Below are positions 1-11,177 of a stretch of DNA of 64,000 nucleotides, piece after piece. Under the pieces are notes generated by a model. The model had not been told where the DNA came from. It saw nothing but the letters and a program-made list of their open reading frames with translations, and did not search any database. Every line of letters begins with the position of its first letter. Within the stretch, counting starts at the first letter, position 1. This DNA is from Candidatus Poribacteria bacterium (GTDB lineage Bacteria > Poribacteria > WGA-4E > WGA-3G). The DNA lies in assembly GCA_964291315.2 (NCBI GenBank), contig OZ219752.1, positions 288,001 through 352,000 on the forward strand. Reading direction: 5' to 3'. The position numbers and the translations under genes were made by a program.

Positions 1-1
1 T

Positions 2-1213
2 CAATTGCCGGATGCAGAATTACCTATAGAGCTGCCTCAGATTGATGCTTACAAGCCGACAGCAGATGGTAGACCGCCCCTTGCTCGTGCAAATGAAGAA
101 TGGTTGAAGGTGACACTTCCTGATGGCAGCGTTGCGACGCGGGAGACGAACATTATGCCGCAGTGGGCTGGCTCTTGTTGGTACTATCTCCGTTTCCTCG
201 ATGCACACAACAGTGAAGTGCCTTTTGATACCGAGCTTGAACAATATTGGATGCCCGTAGATCTCTATATGGGTGGGGCTGAACATGCCGTTTTGCATCT
301 GCTCTATGCCCGGTTTTGGCACAAAGTGCTTTACGATTGTGGGTTGGTATCTACGAAAGAACCGTTCCAAAGATTGCTCAACCAAGGCACAATTCTTGCC
401 GAATCCTATCAAGACAACGCGGGTAAGTACTACTATCCGCATGAAGTTGAACATAATAACGGAAAAACGGTTGCCAAAGTCTCTGGTGTGCCGCTTGATG
501 TACAAATGGAGAAGATGTCCAAATCCCGTTTTAACGTCATCAACTCCAACGGTGTTATTGACAAATACGGTGCTGATGCTCTTCGCTTATACCTGTTGTT
601 TATTGGCCCGGTCACGGCGAGTACCCCGTGGCAAGATGCCGGGGTCGAAGGGGTCTACCGTTTCCTGCAACGCGTCTGGCGTCTCATTATTAATGAAGAT
701 AACGGAAAATTGAATGCCAAACTCACCGACGCTGCTGGTAAAACCGAGTCTGAGCTCTGGCGGGAACTCCATCAGACAATCAAACAAGTAACGGAAGACA
801 CGGAATCCATCGATAAAATGAATACAGCGATTAGCCAGATGATGATTTTTGTTAACACTGCAACCCGGGCGAAATCGCTGCCGAAAGAGACCTTGAAGGT
901 GTTCTTGCATTTGCTCGCGCCTTATGCGCCGCACATTGCACAAGAGTTGTGGCATCGCCTGGGTGAAACGGGCTTCATCGCGCATGGGTGCTGGCCCACC
1001 TACGATGAAGCCGTGCTGACACCTACGACTGTAACGATAATCGCACAAGTTAACGGCAAGCTTCGTAACCGGCTCCAACTGCCTGCAGGTGTAACCGACA
1101 AGGAGATTGAAGAGGCAGCACTTGCGGACGAACGGATTCAGCGGTTCATAGAAGGCAAACCCATCCGGAAGGTTATCGTGGTACCGAATCGTCTTATCAA
1201 TATTGTTCTTTAA
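2..1213 (+). CDS. leuS: Leucyl-tRNA synthetase, C-terminal part (starts before the window)
   Basis: Motifs PQWAGSCWYYLRF, GGAEHAVLHLLYARFW and KMSKS; C-terminal QVNGKLR domain. Frame is open from the window start. Confidence 0.98.
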   Translation, partial: QLPDAELPIELPQIDAYKPTADGRPPLARANEEWLKVTLPDGSVATRETNIMPQWAGSCWYYLRFLDAHNSEVPFDTELEQYWMPVDLYMGGAEHAVLHLLYARFWHKVLYDCGLVSTKEPFQRLLNQGTILAESYQDNAGKYYYPHEVEHNNGKTVAKVSGVPLDVQMEKMSKSRFNVINSNGVIDKYGADALRLYLLFIGPVTASTPWQDAGVEGVYRFLQRVWRLIINEDNGKLNAKLTDAAGKTESELWRELHQTIKQVTEDTESIDKMNTAISQMMIFVNTATRAKSLPKETLKVFLHLLAPYAPHIAQELWHRLGETGFIAHGCWPTYDEAVLTPTTVTIIAQVNGKLRNRLQLPAGVTDKEIEEAALADERIQRFIEGKPIRKVIVVPNRLINIVL

Positions 1214-1279
1214 TCGTTGTTGGTCTTTAGTTGTCAGTGAATCAATAGTTAAAGCTGATAATGGAAAAAAATTACTTAT

Positions 1280-3049
1280 ATGACAAAAAATCGTGAAAAT
1301 ATAACAGGAGCAAACGTTTCGATCATTCCGTTGGGGGGCTTGGGTGAATTTGGGCTCAATATGATGGTGTACGAAACCGAGCGTGACCTTATCGTCATTG
1401 ATACCGGTTTCATGCTTCCAAGTTCAGATATGCCTGGTGTGGATCTGATATTCCCGGATATTCACTATCTCATTGAACGGCGAGAGAAGATACGCGGAAT
1501 CCTTTTAACACATGGACATGAGGACCACATCGGCGCTTTAGCCTACATCCTACGGCAATTAGATGTACCTGTCTACGGCACACAGCTTACACTCGCCATC
1601 GCAAGCGGCAGGCTGCGTGAATACGGCGTATTTGGCACAGCACAACTCAACACAATTGCCCCAGGCGACACGGTTGAATTGGGAGGCTTTTCTGCAGAGT
1701 TCATACACGTCACACACAGCATTCCAGATAGCGTGGCGATTGCCCTCCGCACCCCTATCGGTGTTATAGTTCATACGGGTGATTTCAAATTTGATATGAC
1801 CCCTGTCGATGGCAAGTTAAGTGATATTCAGACGTTCGCGCGCTTAGGAGCGGAGGGTGTCTTGATGCTCGTCTCTGATAGCACAAACGCCGAGTGGCCC
1901 GGGCAAACGCCCTCTGAACGGAGCATTTACGATACGATAGACAGTATTTTTCAGAAAACCGAGCAGAAGCTGTTTCTGTGTACCTTTTCCTCAAGTCTAC
2001 ACCGCATTCAGCAATTCATCAATCTTGCAGATACACATCGTCGTCTTGTTGCTGTCGCCGGACGTTCTCTTATAAATAACGTCCGCACGGCTTCTGAACT
2101 CGGGTATCTCAATCTTAATCCTGACTATCTTATTGATGCGCGCGATGTGTCTCTCTTTAAACCACACGAGGTCGTAATTTTAACGACCGGCAGCCAAGGT
2201 GAACCGCGTTCAGCACTCGCCTTGATGGCGCTTGATGATCACTCGTTTCTAAAGGTGGATCCAGGAGACACAGTGGTTATCTCTGCCCGGATTATCCCGG
2301 GGAACCAAAAGTCAGTTGGGAACGTGGTGAATCACTTGCTTAGGCGTGGTGCGAAAATATACCATGAACGTAATGCCAATGTACATGTTTCTGGGCACGG
2401 TGCAAGCGAAGATTTGAAATTAATGATTAATCTTTTGCAACCCAAATTCTTTATGCCGATGCACGGTGAATACCAAAACCTGATGCGGCATGCCGAACTC
2501 GCTGAATCTGTCGGTATACCGAGCGAAAACATCAAGGTTGCTGAAGACGGTGAACGTATTCATCTGACACCTGAAACGTGTGAGGTTTTTGGACGCAAAG
2601 GACGCTCCGGACGCGTTCTTGTTGACGGAAAGCCAGAAATCGAACTTGAGGACATTGTCTTGCGGGACCGTATCCAACTCTCCGAGGACGGTATCCTCAT
2701 TCCTATTATCGTTCTACAGAGTGATACAGAGGCAGCTAGCAATCAAGAGTCAGGTGTTGAACAAAAACGGGCTGCGACGGAAGAAAACGCCCTTGACACT
2801 GATAACGGGCTGCCGATAACCGATCCACAGATAGAAATTATCTCACGAGGATTCGTCTATATGAAGGAATCAGAAGAGTTGATGGAAGAAGCAAAAAAAA
2901 TCACGCTCCGCATCATCGAAAATCTCAGCGCTGAGCAGAAGCAAGAAACGGAGATAGTCCAAGACGAGATCCGAGGCACGCTTCGCCAATTTTTCTCAAA
3001 ACAGATGCAACGGACACCGATCATTTTTCCTGTTGTTATGAGGGTCTAA
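1280..3049 (+). CDS. rnj: Ribonuclease J
   Basis: IIPLGGLGEFGLNM, THGHEDHIGAL, VHTGDFKFD, HVSGH and PMHGE motifs; ~30-aa extra insertion near the C-terminus. Confidence 0.96.
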   Translation: MTKNRENITGANVSIIPLGGLGEFGLNMMVYETERDLIVIDTGFMLPSSDMPGVDLIFPDIHYLIERREKIRGILLTHGHEDHIGALAYILRQLDVPVYGTQLTLAIASGRLREYGVFGTAQLNTIAPGDTVELGGFSAEFIHVTHSIPDSVAIALRTPIGVIVHTGDFKFDMTPVDGKLSDIQTFARLGAEGVLMLVSDSTNAEWPGQTPSERSIYDTIDSIFQKTEQKLFLCTFSSSLHRIQQFINLADTHRRLVAVAGRSLINNVRTASELGYLNLNPDYLIDARDVSLFKPHEVVILTTGSQGEPRSALALMALDDHSFLKVDPGDTVVISARIIPGNQKSVGNVVNHLLRRGAKIYHERNANVHVSGHGASEDLKLMINLLQPKFFMPMHGEYQNLMRHAELAESVGIPSENIKVAEDGERIHLTPETCEVFGRKGRSGRVLVDGKPEIELEDIVLRDRIQLSEDGILIPIIVLQSDTEAASNQESGVEQKRAATEENALDTDNGLPITDPQIEIISRGFVYMKESEELMEEAKKITLRIIENLSAEQKQETEIVQDEIRGTLRQFFSKQMQRTPIIFPVVMRV

Positions 3050-3156
3050 AATGCAACTCAATTGTTTATAATTTAACTTTTTCTTTAAATCTGACTGAAC
3101 TAATATACAAAAGCGCGAAACGCGCACAATAAATTTGAAACAAGGAGCACGTTGAC

Positions 3157-4305
3157 ATGAAACTATTTACATCTCTCATCACAGTCATTACTTTGACAAT
3201 AGGTCTCTCCGCTTGTGAACGAATAGCGTCAGTTACCCAACCTGTCACACCTCAAATAGAAGATACGAGCAGCGAATTTTCCATTGGCGTTGCTTTGCCT
3301 TTAACGGGGCCTTTGGGAACTGTCGCTGAACGCATGAAACAAGGGCTTGATCTCGCCCTCAGCGAAATTAACAACGAGCAATCCAACAATATCAGATTCA
3401 AGTTCATCGTAGAGGATACTGCCAGCACCCAGGAAGGGGCGGTTCAAGCTTTCAATAATTTGATTCACCAAGAGGGGGTCTCTGTGATTCTGGGGCCCAC
3501 GTCCTCAAGTGCAACCCAGGTCGCTTTTCCGATTGCACAAGAGAATCAGGTTGTAGCGGTTAGCCCGTCAGCGGGGGCTCGCGGGCTTAGTGAAATTGGC
3601 GATTTCGTCTTCCGCACCCCTATTACGACAGGTGTTGTAGTGCGACAAGGTGTCGAGACAACATACGCCAAGCTCGGCTATCAACGCGTTGCTACGTTGT
3701 TCGACGAAACCGATCTTTTCTCTAAGGACAGAGAAAGTGCGTTGCAGGAAGCGTTCGCTGCAAGAGGTATTGAGGTGCTAACCACAGAGGTTTTCCAGAG
3801 CAACGCTACAGATTTTACTGCACAATTGACCCGGATAAAGGAGCTCAACCCGGATGCTATCTTTGTTTCTGCGTTACCTCCGGACAAACCAGAAATACTG
3901 ATCCAAGCCGATCGACTCGGTATATCTGCCCCGATTGTTATCAGCTCATTAACCAATATTGAGCTAGAGGCCGCAGGGGCTGCCGCCGAAGGGGCGATAA
4001 CGTTCATAGGCTGGCTCAGCACAGACGAAACTCCTGGCAATCAAGCCTTCGTCCAACGTTATATCGAGACTTTTGGCATACAACCCAACGGTTTCACAGC
4101 TTTTTCGTACGTGACGCTCTACGTTTTAACGGAGGCAATCAAGAACGCTGCATCCCCCGATTCAGCATCAATTCGAGATGCCTTGGCGGCTATTAAAGAC
4201 TTTGACACAATTGTCGGGAAGTTTTCCTTTGATGCCGTCGGAAATGGTGTCTATGACATGAAGGCGCTCATAGTGAAAGACGGTGCATTCCAGGCCTTCG
4301 AGTGA
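3157..4305 (+). CDS. Branched-chain amino acid ABC-type substrate-binding lipoprotein (LivJ/LivK-like)
   Basis: Lipobox LSAC; IGVALPLTGP, ILGPTSS, DFVFR and DFTAQLTRIK motifs. No permease genes adjacent. Confidence 0.88.
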   Translation: MKLFTSLITVITLTIGLSACERIASVTQPVTPQIEDTSSEFSIGVALPLTGPLGTVAERMKQGLDLALSEINNEQSNNIRFKFIVEDTASTQEGAVQAFNNLIHQEGVSVILGPTSSSATQVAFPIAQENQVVAVSPSAGARGLSEIGDFVFRTPITTGVVVRQGVETTYAKLGYQRVATLFDETDLFSKDRESALQEAFAARGIEVLTTEVFQSNATDFTAQLTRIKELNPDAIFVSALPPDKPEILIQADRLGISAPIVISSLTNIELEAAGAAAEGAITFIGWLSTDETPGNQAFVQRYIETFGIQPNGFTAFSYVTLYVLTEAIKNAASPDSASIRDALAAIKDFDTIVGKFSFDAVGNGVYDMKALIVKDGAFQAFE

Positions 4306-4333
4306 CCTTTGCTATTGAGAGAAGAGGCAAACC

Positions 4334-5737
4334 ATGAAAACACAAACGATGTATGAAAAGATATGGAACGCACATCTCGTTCGTGCTGCTGCAGACGAGG
4401 TTCCGATGCTCTATATCGACACACACCTCGTCCACGAAGTCACCTCCCCGCAGGCATTTGAGGGATTGCGGCTCAATAACCGAAAGGTACGCCGTCCTGA
4501 TCTGACGTTTGCGACTATGGATCATAACGTACCGACAACAGACAGATCGCTGCCGATTACCGATCTGATTGCCGCGAAACAGATGGAAACACTTGCAGAG
4601 AATTGTGCTGAGTTCGGCATTCCGCTCTATGATATTAATAGCCCCGAACAAGGAATCGTTCATGTCATCGGCCCGGAACTCGGCATTACACAGCCTGGCA
4701 AAACCATCGTCTGTGGTGATAGCCACACCTCGACGCACGGGGCTCTCGGGGCCCTGGCGTTCGGCATCGGTACCAGCGAGATTGAGCACGTCCTCGCCAC
4801 ACAGTGCCTCTTGCAACAGAAGTCACGCACCTTTGAAATTCGAATAGATGGCAGACTGCCCGATGGGGTGACTGCCAAGGACATTATTCTCTCTATTATC
4901 GGACACATCGGCATTGATGGCGGCAACGGTACGGTCGTCGAGTACACAGGTTCTACCATTCGTACTCTTAGCATAGAGGAGCGGATGACAGTTTGCAACA
5001 TGTCGATTGAAGCAGGCGCGCGCGCAGGCATGATTGCACCTGACGACACTACCTACGAATACATAGCGGGTAGACGTTTCGCCCCGGCAGGCGAGGCCTT
5101 CGACGCAGCAGTTGAACGCTGGCGCCAACTGCCCACTGATGAAGACGCAACCTACGATCGGAGCTTGCTGCTCAATGCAGCGGACATTGCACCCCAGGTG
5201 ACATGGGGAACAAACCCGGGGATGGTCACCGATGTAACAGGGCGCGTTCCGGACCCCGCAGAGATGCCGACAGCGGATGAAAAGAGCGCTGCTGAACATG
5301 CCTTGGAGTATATGGACCTCAAGCCCGGTACTCCAATTACAGATATTCCCGTGGACAGGGTCTTTATTGGCAGCTGCACCAACTCCCGCATCAGCGATTT
5401 GCGCGCTGCTGCCGGAATTGCGAAGGGCAGGAAGGTTAGAGAGAACATCAGCGCTATGGTTGTTCCTGGTTCACAAGCCGTCAAACGCCAAGCCGAAGCG
5501 GAAGGGCTTGACAAGATTTTCCGGGAGGCGGGGTTTGAATGGCGCGAGGCTGGTTGTAGCATGTGCCTCGGTATGAATCCTGATACGTTGATGCCGGGAC
5601 AACGCTGTGCCAGCACATCAAACCGGAATTTTGAAGGCAGACAAGGCAAAGGCGGGCGCACACATCTAGTCAGCCCGCAGATGGCTGCTGCGACTGCAGT
5701 AACAGGGCATTTCGTCGACATCCGAACGTTTCAGTAG
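4334..5737 (+). CDS. leuC: 3-isopropylmalate dehydratase large subunit
   Basis: [38 protein letters not shown] and [12 protein letters not shown]. Confidence 0.98.
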   Translation: MKTQTMYEKIWNAHLVRAAADEVPMLYIDTHLVHEVTSPQAFEGLRLNNRKVRRPDLTFATMDHNVPTTDRSLPITDLIAAKQMETLAENCAEFGIPLYDINSPEQGIVHVIGPELGITQPGKTIVCGDSHTSTHGALGALAFGIGTSEIEHVLATQCLLQQKSRTFEIRIDGRLPDGVTAKDIILSIIGHIGIDGGNGTVVEYTGSTIRTLSIEERMTVCNMSIEAGARAGMIAPDDTTYEYIAGRRFAPAGEAFDAAVERWRQLPTDEDATYDRSLLLNAADIAPQVTWGTNPGMVTDVTGRVPDPAEMPTADEKSAAEHALEYMDLKPGTPITDIPVDRVFIGSCTNSRISDLRAAAGIAKGRKVRENISAMVVPGSQAVKRQAEAEGLDKIFREAGFEWREAGCSMCLGMNPDTLMPGQRCASTSNRNFEGRQGKGGRTHLVSPQMAAATAVTGHFVDIRTFQ

Positions 5738-5820
5738 AAGGCGTGGCGCGGAGGCTGCAAGATCGGAAGTTCTCTTTTGCGATCCGCCCAATAATCTCAA
5801 TATAAGAAGGAAACAAAGAA

Positions 5821-6411
5821 GTGGAAGCATTCAAGGAACACGTCGGACGTGTCGTCCCACTCGATCGAATTAATGTTGATACCGACCAGATTATCCCGAA
5901 GCAATTTCTAAAAAGGATTGAACGGACTGGCTTCGGTAAATTTCTCTTCAATGATTGGCGTTATCTAGAAAGCGGTGAATCGAACCCAGCATTTGTTCTC
6001 AACCTTCCGCGCTACGCCGGGGCCAGCATTCTTATTGCGGGTGCCAATTTCGGCTGTGGAAGTTCGCGTGAGCATGCACCGTGGGCACTCCAGCAGTATG
6101 GTTTCAAAGCAATTCTGGCCCCCTCATTCGCTGACATCTTCCGCAACAACTGCTATAAGAACGGCGTTCTCCCGATAGTTCTACCGGTTGACGTTATCGC
6201 CTCGCTTAGCCAAGAAGTGCGCGACACCGATGGCTACCGGTTGATGATAGACCTGGAGGAACAATCGGTGATCTGCCCTGATGGCACCACACACGCTTTT
6301 GAAATTGGCGACTTTGAGAAGTACTGTCTGTTGAACGGCCTTGATGACATCGGTTGGACCTTGCAATATGAAGCAGACATCGCTGCATATGAAAATCAGA
6401 CCGGCTCATAG
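5821..6411 (+). CDS. leuD: 3-isopropylmalate dehydratase small subunit
   Basis: [13 protein letters not shown] and [15 protein letters not shown]; follows leuC. Confidence 0.98.
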   Translation: MEAFKEHVGRVVPLDRINVDTDQIIPKQFLKRIERTGFGKFLFNDWRYLESGESNPAFVLNLPRYAGASILIAGANFGCGSSREHAPWALQQYGFKAILAPSFADIFRNNCYKNGVLPIVLPVDVIASLSQEVRDTDGYRLMIDLEEQSVICPDGTTHAFEIGDFEKYCLLNGLDDIGWTLQYEADIAAYENQTGS

Positions 6412-6417
6412 ACATCA

Positions 6418-7827
6418 CTACTCGAAAAGCAGCTTGGTCCGAAACTCCCCGAAGGCAGCAATTCCTCCGGTATAAAATAGCACTGCCAACGGAATCAACA
6501 CCCAAATGGAGAGGTACCCCTTCAGTAAGGTTAAGCTGATACCCATCACAGCGGAGAGGAAAACTGCTTTCACAAGTGTCAGAAGTATAGGGAGCGTTTC
6601 GCGGGGTTTAACAATATTTCTTGAGATATAGCCGACCCCCAAGACAAGTAGGTACACTTCACTCATAACCATCGCTATCGCTGCCCCGACATGGTTAAAC
6701 CGTGGAATCAAAAATAAGTTCAGACAGATATTGAGGAGTGCAGTTGTTCCCATCAGTACCGAAAAAGCACGGCGTTTGTCGGTGGCGCGTAGCACCGCCA
6801 ATACTGCTGTTGTTACAAAGATCAGTCCGCCAGCCCAGCTCAGCCAGTGTAGTGTTTTTGCCGCCTTGCCTATTTCCAATATTGCTGTGATTTCTGAAGA
6901 TAGTGTTGAAAGTCCGACTGCAAACGGAAGTCCACTCAGCACCATCCACCGCATGCCGAAGGTGTATACGGCTGGAAACCGATCTTTCTCTCGTTCCCAG
7001 GTACGGGATAGCACGGGAAACATTGCTCCCATCATAAATGCCCCGGGTAAAATTGTGAGAGCGTTGACGATGGTATATGCCAAGCCATACCAGGTATTAG
7101 CATCTACACCGTCCGGGCTCAGCTTTGATATTAGGATCGCATCAACCCGAAAGTAGAGGAGATTGAAGAGGTTACCAATGGCAAATGGTAGTGCTTGCTG
7201 CATCAGCGTTCTAACAATTTCTCGACTCGGTTGGAACGCGAGCGGTGTGAAGCGCCCTCGAGTGAGTGCGACACTCAAAAGCAGGTTAACAGAGCCTGCT
7301 ATCAACATTGCGTGACAGACTCTGATCAATCCGTAGTCGAGAAGGATCGCGCCGCCTGCAAAGAGCAGAAACACCCCTCGTTCGGCAATTACGGTCAACG
7401 CTTCATACTTCAGTTTCTCGTGTGCGCGAAAGACACAGCGATACAGCTGCGCGAAGGAATTCACAATCTCTGCTAGTCCTAAGAAGAGTATCATCTCTAC
7501 GATTCTCGGGGTATAGAGGAATACACCGCTAACAACCATGATACCGTAGGCGGTGATTGACAGAAGGCAACGGACAATCAAAGCGTTGCCTAGGTAATGC
7601 CGCGTCTGTTGCAGGTGGAGTGTCATTTCCCGCACGAGCGGATTTTGCATGCCGAGCTCCGTTAGACTCGCGATCAAGTTAGTGAGGGCAAGTGCAACAA
7701 AATAGCCGCCGAGTTCGCTTTCTGCGAAATAACGGGGCATTAGCCAGATCGTTATCACAAGCGACCCGAGGCGACTGATAAGGTGGCCACCAAAAAGTGA
7801 AGACGTGTTTGTAAAAATACGATTCAT
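6418..7827 (-). CDS. Polysaccharide/O-antigen flippase (Wzx-like, MOP superfamily)
   Basis: About 12-14 hydrophobic segments; ELGM..PLVRE, LYFRVDAILIS and NLFLIPRFNHVGAAIA motifs. Confidence 0.85.
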   Translation of the reverse strand: MNRIFTNTSSLFGGHLISRLGSLVITIWLMPRYFAESELGGYFVALALTNLIASLTELGMQNPLVREMTLHLQQTRHYLGNALIVRCLLSITAYGIMVVSGVFLYTPRIVEMILFLGLAEIVNSFAQLYRCVFRAHEKLKYEALTVIAERGVFLLFAGGAILLDYGLIRVCHAMLIAGSVNLLLSVALTRGRFTPLAFQPSREIVRTLMQQALPFAIGNLFNLLYFRVDAILISKLSPDGVDANTWYGLAYTIVNALTILPGAFMMGAMFPVLSRTWEREKDRFPAVYTFGMRWMVLSGLPFAVGLSTLSSEITAILEIGKAAKTLHWLSWAGGLIFVTTAVLAVLRATDKRRAFSVLMGTTALLNICLNLFLIPRFNHVGAAIAMVMSEVYLLVLGVGYISRNIVKPRETLPILLTLVKAVFLSAVMGISLTLLKGYLSIWVLIPLAVLFYTGGIAAFGEFRTKLLFE

Positions 7828-7934
7828 CTCATTGATATGTTTTGTCCTTCTAGTTTTAGCGGGGTTAGCGGCGTTGAAAAATAAAAAGGTTGGTACAGTC
7901 CCAACATCCTCAGCTGACCTCTGAGAGTCAACAA

Positions 7935-8615
7935 CTAATATAGTCCAACTCTAACGTAGTTCGGCACTAGGGTCCAATAACTATCCGTGTCGTCCTCTTG
8001 CAAGCGTTGCGCGCCCAGAGAAGCGATAGTTGCCCCGCGCGGAACGTTGAAGATAGGGTCTGCAAAGTGCACTTGCTTCCCGAGGGTTTCTCGAACCGCG
8101 TTGCCGTATCTGATCAGACCGTCTCCAACGAAATGAATGGCGCGATCTGAAGAGTTTTTCTCTTTAATACACGCTAAGAATGCATCGATCGGCAAGCAGA
8201 TGTCCTCGTTGAGACGTTGCCATTTTGTGCCGCCTTCAAAGATCGCCCCGTAGATTTCACTGCGCCGGGCGTCAAGCAGTGGGCAGATAACACCGGGCGA
8301 GCATCGGAGGTTATAAGCAATCGCCTCCAAGGTTGAAACCCCCACGATCGGTTTGTCAACAGCGTAGCAGATAGATTTAATTGTCGCAACACCGATACGG
8401 ACTCCGGTAAACGACCCAGGTCCAATACCGACAGCACACCCATCTAAATCGTCGACTGTAATGTTGCCCCACTTCAGCACGTTATCAATTGCGGGCATCA
8501 GTCTGGAAGAGTGTGCTTGGACAACGTTGAGCGTGTGTTCTGCGATGAGCTGGTCGCTGTCTATGAGAGCCACGCTACCAATGGGGGTTGAGGTATCAAC
8601 ACCTAAAATCTTCAT
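7935..8615 (-). CDS. tsaB: tRNA t6A biosynthesis protein TsaB
   Basis: MKILGVDTST, GPGSFTGVRIG and LDARRSEIY. Confidence 0.96.
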   Translation of the reverse strand: MKILGVDTSTPIGSVALIDSDQLIAEHTLNVVQAHSSRLMPAIDNVLKWGNITVDDLDGCAVGIGPGSFTGVRIGVATIKSICYAVDKPIVGVSTLEAIAYNLRCSPGVICPLLDARRSEIYGAIFEGGTKWQRLNEDICLPIDAFLACIKEKNSSDRAIHFVGDGLIRYGNAVRETLGKQVHFADPIFNVPRGATIASLGAQRLQEDDTDSYWTLVPNYVRVGLY

Positions 8616-8810
8616 TCAATTTCAATTTTTACTAATCAACAGTCACATTTTTATTTTCTAGCTTTGCCCAAGCAACCCGTTTAAAAAAGTCAACAGCAAA
8701 TTGCAAAAATTCTGCATCGAGTAGGGTCACGATTTCGGAACGGTAATCTTGCCCTGTGAGAAGCTTGCGAATGATATTTTTAATAACGATACCAGCCAGA
8801 GTCATAGGCG

Positions 8811-10214
8811 TTAATTCCTTTCCGCAAGTTCCGACTTTAATTCAGTCAGCGAGACTACTTGAGGTTTTGTCTGCGTGAATAAGGCAGAATCGAGCAGCTG
8901 TTTTGCGCGTTCAACATATTCAGTTTCTTTTTCACAGAGAAGAAAGTAGCGTTCAAGCATGAGCGCCACCTGTCCGACCGCTCCACTACCGCCGAATGGA
9001 TCAAAGACAAGGTCACCTTTAAACGAATAAAACCGTATGACCCGCATCGCCAATTCAGCCGGGAATACTGCCGGATGCACTTTATCCGTTGCAGGATTAA
9101 TATGCCATAGGTTCGTTTTTTCGTAGTCTCCCATTACTCTACTTGCGGTAACAGTTTCGTCATCGTATTGACGGATATTCCAATCAATCAGCTTATCTGT
9201 CTTTTTACGGTACACCATAACGTTTTCAGTGACGGCATTTGCCTTGTACGCCAATGGTTTCCGATGTTGAAAGAATCCGCCATTTCGATTTTTGGCTGCG
9301 TAGTCTGGTTTCGTCCAAACGATGTCGTCTATGAATTCCCATCCTATGCCGGTAAGGCGCGGGTGTATATCGTAGGGGATAGCATACCGCCTGCTGGCAT
9401 GTGCTCGGCTAATGCGAGGCACGATAACCGGCGATGTATTCAACACAAGGAACCGGCCCTCTTTGGTAATGCGATGCGTTTCCTTAAAAACAGCAGTTAG
9501 GAAGTCTAGATATGCCTCATAACTTTGATAAATTGTGTAATCACGAGCATTGTAATAGGGCGGCGATGTAAAAGTGAGATGAATGGACTCCCCCGGAATG
9601 AGTTTTAAGGCATCTTGCACGTCGGCACAAACAACCACGTTTTTAAGCGTATCTGGGCTTGTAGAATGATGGGGCTCTTTTTTTGGGTTTTGCGATTTTG
9701 CTCTTCTGTTTTTGTTTTTAATTTCACTGTTAAAATGCTCTCGAATTAGTTCGTTTGGGTGTTCGCATAGTGACTCTAACGCTGCTTGGACTTCAGGTTT
9801 TTCCTTGAAGTAGAGCAGGCCTCGGAGTCCTTGTAAAACAACTTTCGGATCGATATCAGTGAGGAATTCTGTCAAAATCGGTATTGCTTTCTGAGTTCTC
9901 ATGCGCCCGATAGCAGAAATCGCCTCACGGCGGACAAGCGTGTTTTGTTCGGTTTTAGCAAACGTGGAGAGTCTGTCTAACAAATTTTCATCTTTCAACT
10001 TCGCCATGTTCTTTATTGCAAGGCACCGGATTTTCGGGTTTGAGTGGCTGATTAAGGGCATCAGCAATTCTCTATCGAACCAATCTGGCAATTTGCCGAG
10101 GTTTTTAAGCGTAAAAAGTAGGTATTGCTCCTCGTTTGCCGGTGAGAGAGCGGTTCTGAAAAATGGGGAGTGCGGTTCTAATTTCTCTTGTTCAATATCC
10201 GCTTTAGTTAACAT
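8811..10214 (-). CDS. HEAT-repeat N-terminus fused to a beta-class amino-DNA methyltransferase (probably N4-cytosine)
   Basis: N-terminal HEAT-like helices (VRREAISAIGRM, DPKVVLQGLRGL); catalytic TSPPY precedes HPAVFP and the SAM motif DPFGGSG. Confidence 0.88.
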   Translation of the reverse strand: MLTKADIEQEKLEPHSPFFRTALSPANEEQYLLFTLKNLGKLPDWFDRELLMPLISHSNPKIRCLAIKNMAKLKDENLLDRLSTFAKTEQNTLVRREAISAIGRMRTQKAIPILTEFLTDIDPKVVLQGLRGLLYFKEKPEVQAALESLCEHPNELIREHFNSEIKNKNRRAKSQNPKKEPHHSTSPDTLKNVVVCADVQDALKLIPGESIHLTFTSPPYYNARDYTIYQSYEAYLDFLTAVFKETHRITKEGRFLVLNTSPVIVPRISRAHASRRYAIPYDIHPRLTGIGWEFIDDIVWTKPDYAAKNRNGGFFQHRKPLAYKANAVTENVMVYRKKTDKLIDWNIRQYDDETVTASRVMGDYEKTNLWHINPATDKVHPAVFPAELAMRVIRFYSFKGDLVFDPFGGSGAVGQVALMLERYFLLCEKETEYVERAKQLLDSALFTQTKPQVVSLTELKSELAERN

Positions 10215-10307
10215 TTTCTACTAATGGCTCCTTCTAAATGTTCACATTGGTATTTAACGAGGGAATGCCCTGGTTTTTCAACATTTTTCTGAGAATTGCG
10301 ATTTTTC

Positions 10308-10336
10308 TTGCATTCTCTGAAGAAGTGTGATATAAT
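10308..10336 (+). promoter_or_regulatory. sigma70 promoter of tRNA-Ala
   Basis: TTGCAT-N17-TATAAT with extended TG, 18 nt upstream of the tRNA. Confidence 0.8.
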
Positions 10337-10354
10337 TACTGGCAGTAATCGATT

Positions 10355-10427
<73 letters not shown>

Positions 10428-10432
10428 TCTTT

Positions 10433-10939
10433 TTATTTTTCCCCCTCCTTCAGAGAGGATGTAGAATTTTCGTTCGTCTGCTTACGAGTTCGCGATGTCG
10501 TCATCTTCCGAGGGATCCCGTTGTCCAGCACCCCTAAGACAGTTAAATGGAGTTCGGCACGAGGCGGCAGCGCCTGAACGAGCTTTTCCTCCATCGCGTC
10601 GATTCGTCCCTGGATTTCTTTGCGTTCCAATCGGAATTTATCCAACGTTTCTTGAATCTGTATATCTTCGGCAAGCGAATCTCTGACAAGTCGATTTAAA
10701 GTTTTCAGATGATCAACTGCCTGAATCTGCTTGCGGCGTTTTAATTCCCAGAGTGCTTTGATTTCAGCTTGCTGTGCTGCTGTTACGCCAAGGTCAGCCA
10801 AAGTAACCGCTTGTTGACGCTCACTGTTCCGTTTTTGTGCCAACGCAATAGTACCTAAAAGGGCAACACATATCAAAATTCCCAAAGCGGACTTTGAGAT
10901 AAACCGGTGTCGGCTGCCTGTCCGTTCAACATTTGGCAT
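10433..10939 (-). CDS. Exported helical protein, Spy/CpxP-like
   Basis: Signal peptide ending ALA|Q; LGVTAAQQAEIKAL resembles the LTxxQ motif; all-helical. Confidence 0.55.
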   Translation of the reverse strand: MPNVERTGSRHRFISKSALGILICVALLGTIALAQKRNSERQQAVTLADLGVTAAQQAEIKALWELKRRKQIQAVDHLKTLNRLVRDSLAEDIQIQETLDKFRLERKEIQGRIDAMEEKLVQALPPRAELHLTVLGVLDNGIPRKMTTSRTRKQTNENSTSSLKEGEK

Positions 10940-11075
10940 TATTTTTCACCTCTAATTTCAGTAGCTGGTTTCAGAGACGCTCATATGCTAATTATAGTAA
11001 CACGGAATATAGGAGATGTCAAGCGTAAACAGACAATAGGCAGCTGCGCTGCTTGCTGATAGTCCATAAATATCC

Positions 11076-11104
11076 TTGACAAAAAATATGCTCGCCATTA
11101 TAAT
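11076..11104 (+). promoter_or_regulatory. sigma70 promoter of the helicase gene
   Basis: Perfect TTGACA-N17-TATAAT. Confidence 0.85.
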
Positions 11105-11177
11105 TGCTACCATATCATCATATCTCAAACCACTGACCTGTTGTGCGCGAGTAGGTTGAAGTGCAAGGGAGGATTAG

